Origin: Sedimenticola sp.
GTDB taxonomy: Bacteria; Pseudomonadota; Gammaproteobacteria; Chromatiales; Chromatiaceae
DNA: 18,597 bases
Reading direction: 5' to 3'
Assembly: GCA_040505955.1 (NCBI GenBank)
Contig: JBEVXT010000432.1
Span: forward strand, 1 to 18,597
Shown: one piece after another, positions 15,753-18,597 of the stretch
Position numbering within the stretch: the first letter of the stretch is position 1
How the letters are laid out: every line of letters starts with the position of its first letter
Notes under the pieces: model-generated
Told to the model about the DNA's origin: nothing
The model's database searches: none
Seen by the model: the letters and a program-made list of their open reading frames with translations, nothing else
Made by a program: the position numbers and the translations under genes

Positions 15753-17033
15753 TCAGCTCCTGCCCGGCAGCCATAGAGAGAGCGCGGGCCAATAGGTGAT
15801 AATAAGTACGGCAACAAGCAGAATCAGGAACCAGGGCAAGGTGGCCCGGTAGAGCTGCATCACCGGCTTGTTGAAGCGGTAGCTGGCAATAAAGAGGTTC
15901 ATCCCCACCGGCGGGGTGAAGTAGCCGATCTGCATGTTGGCGAGGAAGATGATACCGAAATGTACCGGGTCTACGCCATAGCCAATGGCGATGGGCAGCA
16001 GCAGGGGCAGCATTAAGACCAGGGCGGAGAAGATATCCAGCAGGGTGCCGAGCACCAGCAGAAAGAGGTTGAGCAGGATCAGAAAGGTGAGCTTGCTGCT
16101 GACCATCTCCTGCAGTGTCTCAAACAGGCGGGCGGGCACTTCCGCATCAATCAGGTAGTTGGTGGATGCCAGTGAGAGACCGAGAATGACCAGTATGCCG
16201 CCAACCATGATCATCGACTCCCGCATCACCTTTGGCAGTTGTCTGAAACCGATCTCACGTTTGATCAACACCTCGACGATAAAGAGATAGATCACGGTGA
16301 CCGCCGCTGCCTCGGAGATGGCGAAGAAGCCGCTGTAGATCCCCCCCAGCACCAGCAGGGGCAGCGGGATCTCCCACCCTGCCTCTTTAGCCGCAGCCAG
16401 CGCCTCAGCACTATTGAAGGGTATAGCTTCCTGGCCGCGACTGTTGTAGATGCTCCAGAGGGAGAGCAGCGCCAGCATCAGCAGTCCCGGCAGTATGCCG
16501 GCAAGGAACATGGCATTGACGGTAATGTTGCCGCCTGTTCCCAGTTGCTGTGCAATCACCGCATAGAGGATCAGCGGCAGCGCCGGGGCAAAGAGCAGGC
16601 CAAGACTGCCCGAGGTAGTGACCAGGCCGAGGCCGAAGTTCTCCTTGTAGCCGGACTGAGTGAGTGCAGGATAGAGCAGCGCACCCAGGGCGACGATGGT
16701 GACACCGGATGCACCGGTAAAGGCGGTAAAGAGCGCACAGGCGATCAGCGATACTATGGCCAGACCACCCGGCATCCAGCCGAGCAGTGCGTGGGTGAGA
16801 CGCACCAGGCGCTGGGGCGCGCTGCTCTCGCCCAGCAGATAGCCGGCAAAGGTGAAGAGCGGAATAGCCAGCAGGATCGGCATCTCGGCAATGCGAAAGA
16901 ACTCGATGGCGACAACCGAGAGATCCACTTCCGAGCGATAGAAACCGAGCATGGCACTGGCGGCGATAATGGTAAACAGCGGCGCACCCAGCAGCGCCAA
17001 CAGCAACAGTAGAAGGCCGATAAGGATCATCAT
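15753..17033 (-). CDS. dctM: TRAP transporter large permease subunit (DctM family), 426 aa
   Basis: Polytopic membrane protein with typical DctM composition. Its start overlaps the dctQ stop (ATGA). Confidence 0.85.
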   Translation of the reverse strand: MMILIGLLLLLLALLGAPLFTIIAASAMLGFYRSEVDLSVVAIEFFRIAEMPILLAIPLFTFAGYLLGESSAPQRLVRLTHALLGWMPGGLAIVSLIACALFTAFTGASGVTIVALGALLYPALTQSGYKENFGLGLVTTSGSLGLLFAPALPLILYAVIAQQLGTGGNITVNAMFLAGILPGLLMLALLSLWSIYNSRGQEAIPFNSAEALAAAKEAGWEIPLPLLVLGGIYSGFFAISEAAAVTVIYLFIVEVLIKREIGFRQLPKVMRESMIMVGGILVILGLSLASTNYLIDAEVPARLFETLQEMVSSKLTFLILLNLFLLVLGTLLDIFSALVLMLPLLLPIAIGYGVDPVHFGIIFLANMQIGYFTPPVGMNLFIASYRFNKPVMQLYRATLPWFLILLVAVLIITYWPALSLWLPGRS

Positions 17034-17509
17034 GGCGATGCCCCCCCTGCCGTCCGACCAAGCAGGGTGTGAAGCAAAAAACGGAGGCCCATAAGGGTAA
17101 AACCGATGGGGATAATCAGTTCGCAGAGCCAGGCGGGAATATTGAGAAAGAGTGTCGCACCCGCCTCCATCTCAAAAAGAACAAAGCGCAGGCCATGCCA
17201 GGCGACCAGCAGGCAGACGATAGCGGCAAAGCTGTCGGTAAGGCGGTGGATCCACCCTTTATGTCTCTCCGACAAGTAGTGGCTGATCACATCAATGCTG
17301 ATGTGGCGGCTGTCGCGGGCGGCAACCATCGCCCCCAGCAAACCAACCCAGAGCACCAGAATGCGCAGGGTGGGATCGGCCCAGACAAAACCGCCATCGA
17401 AGAGGTTGCGCAGAAATATCTGTGCACCTGAAAGCCCTATCATCGCTGTCAGTAGCGCAACCAGAAAGCCCTCTTCAATCAGCAGTAGTGCTTGCAGCAG
17501 GCGTTTCAT
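17030..17509 (-). CDS. dctQ: TRAP transporter small permease subunit (DctQ family), ~159 aa
   Basis: Four-TM small protein directly upstream of and overlapping dctM. The track ORF begins with GTG at 17512; the ATG is at 17509. Confidence 0.8.
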   Translation of the reverse strand: MKRLLQALLLIEEGFLVALLTAMIGLSGAQIFLRNLFDGGFVWADPTLRILVLWVGLLGAMVAARDSRHISIDVISHYLSERHKGWIHRLTDSFAAIVCLLVAWHGLRFVLFEMEAGATLFLNIPAWLCELIIPIGFTLMGLRFLLHTLLGRTAGGASP

Positions 17510-17516
17510 CACAATC

Positions 17517-17722
17517 GTAACTTCTCAATAAGTTCGTGCACCGGGCCCTGCCAACTGAGAAGGCCCACCTGACTGTAGGAGCGAACTTGTTCGCGATTAG
17601 CTTCGTAGAACACTCTTCGCGAACAAGTTCGCTCCTACGCTAAAAGTTTCGTAATCCCTCAATAATCCTGTGTAGTGGAACAACTCATACACCCCTATGG
17701 CACGGGCTTATTGAGAAGTTAC
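17517..17722. repeat. 206-bp MITE-like intergenic element: perfect 16-bp terminal inverted repeats GTAACTTCTCAATAAG / CTTATTGAGAAGTTAC enclosing REP copy 2, with a degenerate internal direct copy of the terminal repeat
   Basis: 17517-17532 is the exact reverse complement of 17707-17722. Similarity extends a further ~7 bp inward (CGTGC). 17651-17668 (gtaatccctcaataatcc) is a third, degenerate copy. The element fills the dctP-dctQ spacer. Confidence 0.65.
17575..17638. repeat. REP-like extragenic palindrome, copy 2 (same 22-bp arms as 1350-1413; the 20-nt loop differs but shares TTCGTAG)
   Basis: Arms 17575-17596 and 17617-17638 are exact reverse complements and identical to the arms of copy 1. 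Confidence 0.85.
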
Positions 17723-17735
17723 CTCACGATCACGT

Positions 17736-18597
17736 TTATTGTCTGAACTCTTTGAGTATTTTCTTTATTCTCATAAACAGCTCGACCGAGTAGGCGCCGT
17801 CTCTCCCCATCTCGTCTACTGCCCGATCCGTGGCGGCCCGCCACTTATCCATATCACCCAGGGCCGGGGTATTGAAGCGGATACCTTGCTTTTTAAGCGC
17901 CTCGCGGGCATTGATATTATCTTTTCTACTCTGCCTGTTGATTTTGTCGAAGACCTTGCGCATCTCCTGCTCAAGAGCATCTCGATCCACCGCAGAAAGC
18001 TTGCCGAGGGCCTTCTCATGGATCACCAGGCTGCCGTAGAGATAGAGCAGGGGGATATCGGTAAGATGTTTGATGCGGGTGTGCCACTGCAGGGTGATGG
18101 CACCAACGGGTGAGGTTCCCACCGTGTTGATCAATCCGGTCTGAAGGCCAGTGAGCACATCGGTCAGCGGCAGGGGGATGGGAGAGACACCTACCGCCTT
18201 GAAAGCAGCCTGACTGATGGGGTCGCCTTCGGGGGCCCACACCTTCTGCTGCTGTAGATCATTGAGGTTGTTGAGTTGGGTTGCCGACATCAGGTAGGCA
18301 AATCCCCCTTCGCTGAATCCGTAACTGGCAAAACCCTTCTCCCGGAGAGCCGTCTCGATCAGTGGATCCATCTGCTGGCGCACATAATCTACCTCGGCAA
18401 AAGAGCGGAAGAGAAAGGGCAGGCTGTAGAGGTTAAGATCGGGATTGATCGCCGCCAGACCACCCCCGGTAATCGCCCCACCGTGGAGTTGGCCAATGCG
18501 GATCTTACGCATCAGGCTCTTGTCGTTACCCATCACCCCGCCGGGGTAGAAGCGCAGCTTGACCCGCCCTTCGGTTCGCTTATCTATGACTCTTGCC
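17736..18597 (-). CDS. dctP: TRAP transporter solute-binding subunit (DctP family), 5'-partial because the N-terminus lies beyond the window end
   Basis: The reading frame stays open to the window edge (...ARVIDKRTEGRVKLRFYPGGVMGNDKSLMRKIRIGQLHGGAI..., which matches the early DctP region). The internal M listed in the track is not the true start. Confidence 0.75.
   Translation of the reverse strand, partial: ARVIDKRTEGRVKLRFYPGGVMGNDKSLMRKIRIGQLHGGAITGGGLAAINPDLNLYSLPFLFRSFAEVDYVRQQMDPLIETALREKGFASYGFSEGGFAYLMSATQLNNLNDLQQQKVWAPEGDPISQAAFKAVGVSPIPLPLTDVLTGLQTGLINTVGTSPVGAITLQWHTRIKHLTDIPLLYLYGSLVIHEKALGKLSAVDRDALEQEMRKVFDKINRQSRKDNINAREALKKQGIRFNTPALGDMDKWRAATDRAVDEMGRDGAYSVELFMRIKKILKEFRQ

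Noticed and set aside
16239-17061. ORFs 16239-17012 (+), 16411-17061 (-) and 16754-16987 (-) within dctM
   Set aside because: These are alternative frames or the opposite strand of a GC-rich membrane-protein gene. Their translations are Arg/Gln/Cys-rich junk, and the DctM frame is the coherent one.

Overview
The window reads as a gammaproteobacterial chromosome segment with E. coli-type gene families (yliI, yqiJ/yqiK, yjfI/yjfJ) and a Pseudomonas-type REP variant; this is a guess from gene content. All genes except yliI are on the minus strand.

Left flank (1-3030): the tail of a membrane-protein gene, a yliI-like PQQ-dependent aldose dehydrogenase, a REP-like palindrome, an AT-richer orphan 288-aa ORF, and a 5'-truncated, frameshifted DDE-transposase remnant.

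Centre (about 3032-13338): a roughly 10-kb module bracketed by about 103-bp imperfect direct repeats that duplicate the 3' end of the enoyl-CoA hydratase gene. It carries one minus-strand operon driven by a consensus sigma70 promoter with twin TTACATGTAA operator palindromes. The operon order is YjfI-like (with an extra basic N-terminal extension), PspA/IM30-family (YjfJ-like), NfeD/YqiJ-like membrane protein, flotillin (YqiK-like, 647 aa), a structured 214-nt spacer, and a giant 1771-aa protein with a single MoxR/AAA_5-type AAA+ module. This is the most interesting content: a candidate PspA(ESCRT-III-superfamily)/SPFH membrane-remodelling system with its own dedicated giant ATPase.

Right flank (13259-18597): enoyl-CoA hydratase, a PaaK-like acyl-CoA ligase, a small unknown ORF, and TRAP transporter dctMQP. 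The dctP-dctQ spacer contains a 206-bp element with terminal inverted repeats around a second copy of the REP hairpin.

A short motif (GAATAGTTAC and relatives) recurs in at least five intergenic spots at module boundaries. No rRNA, tRNA or CRISPR was found.
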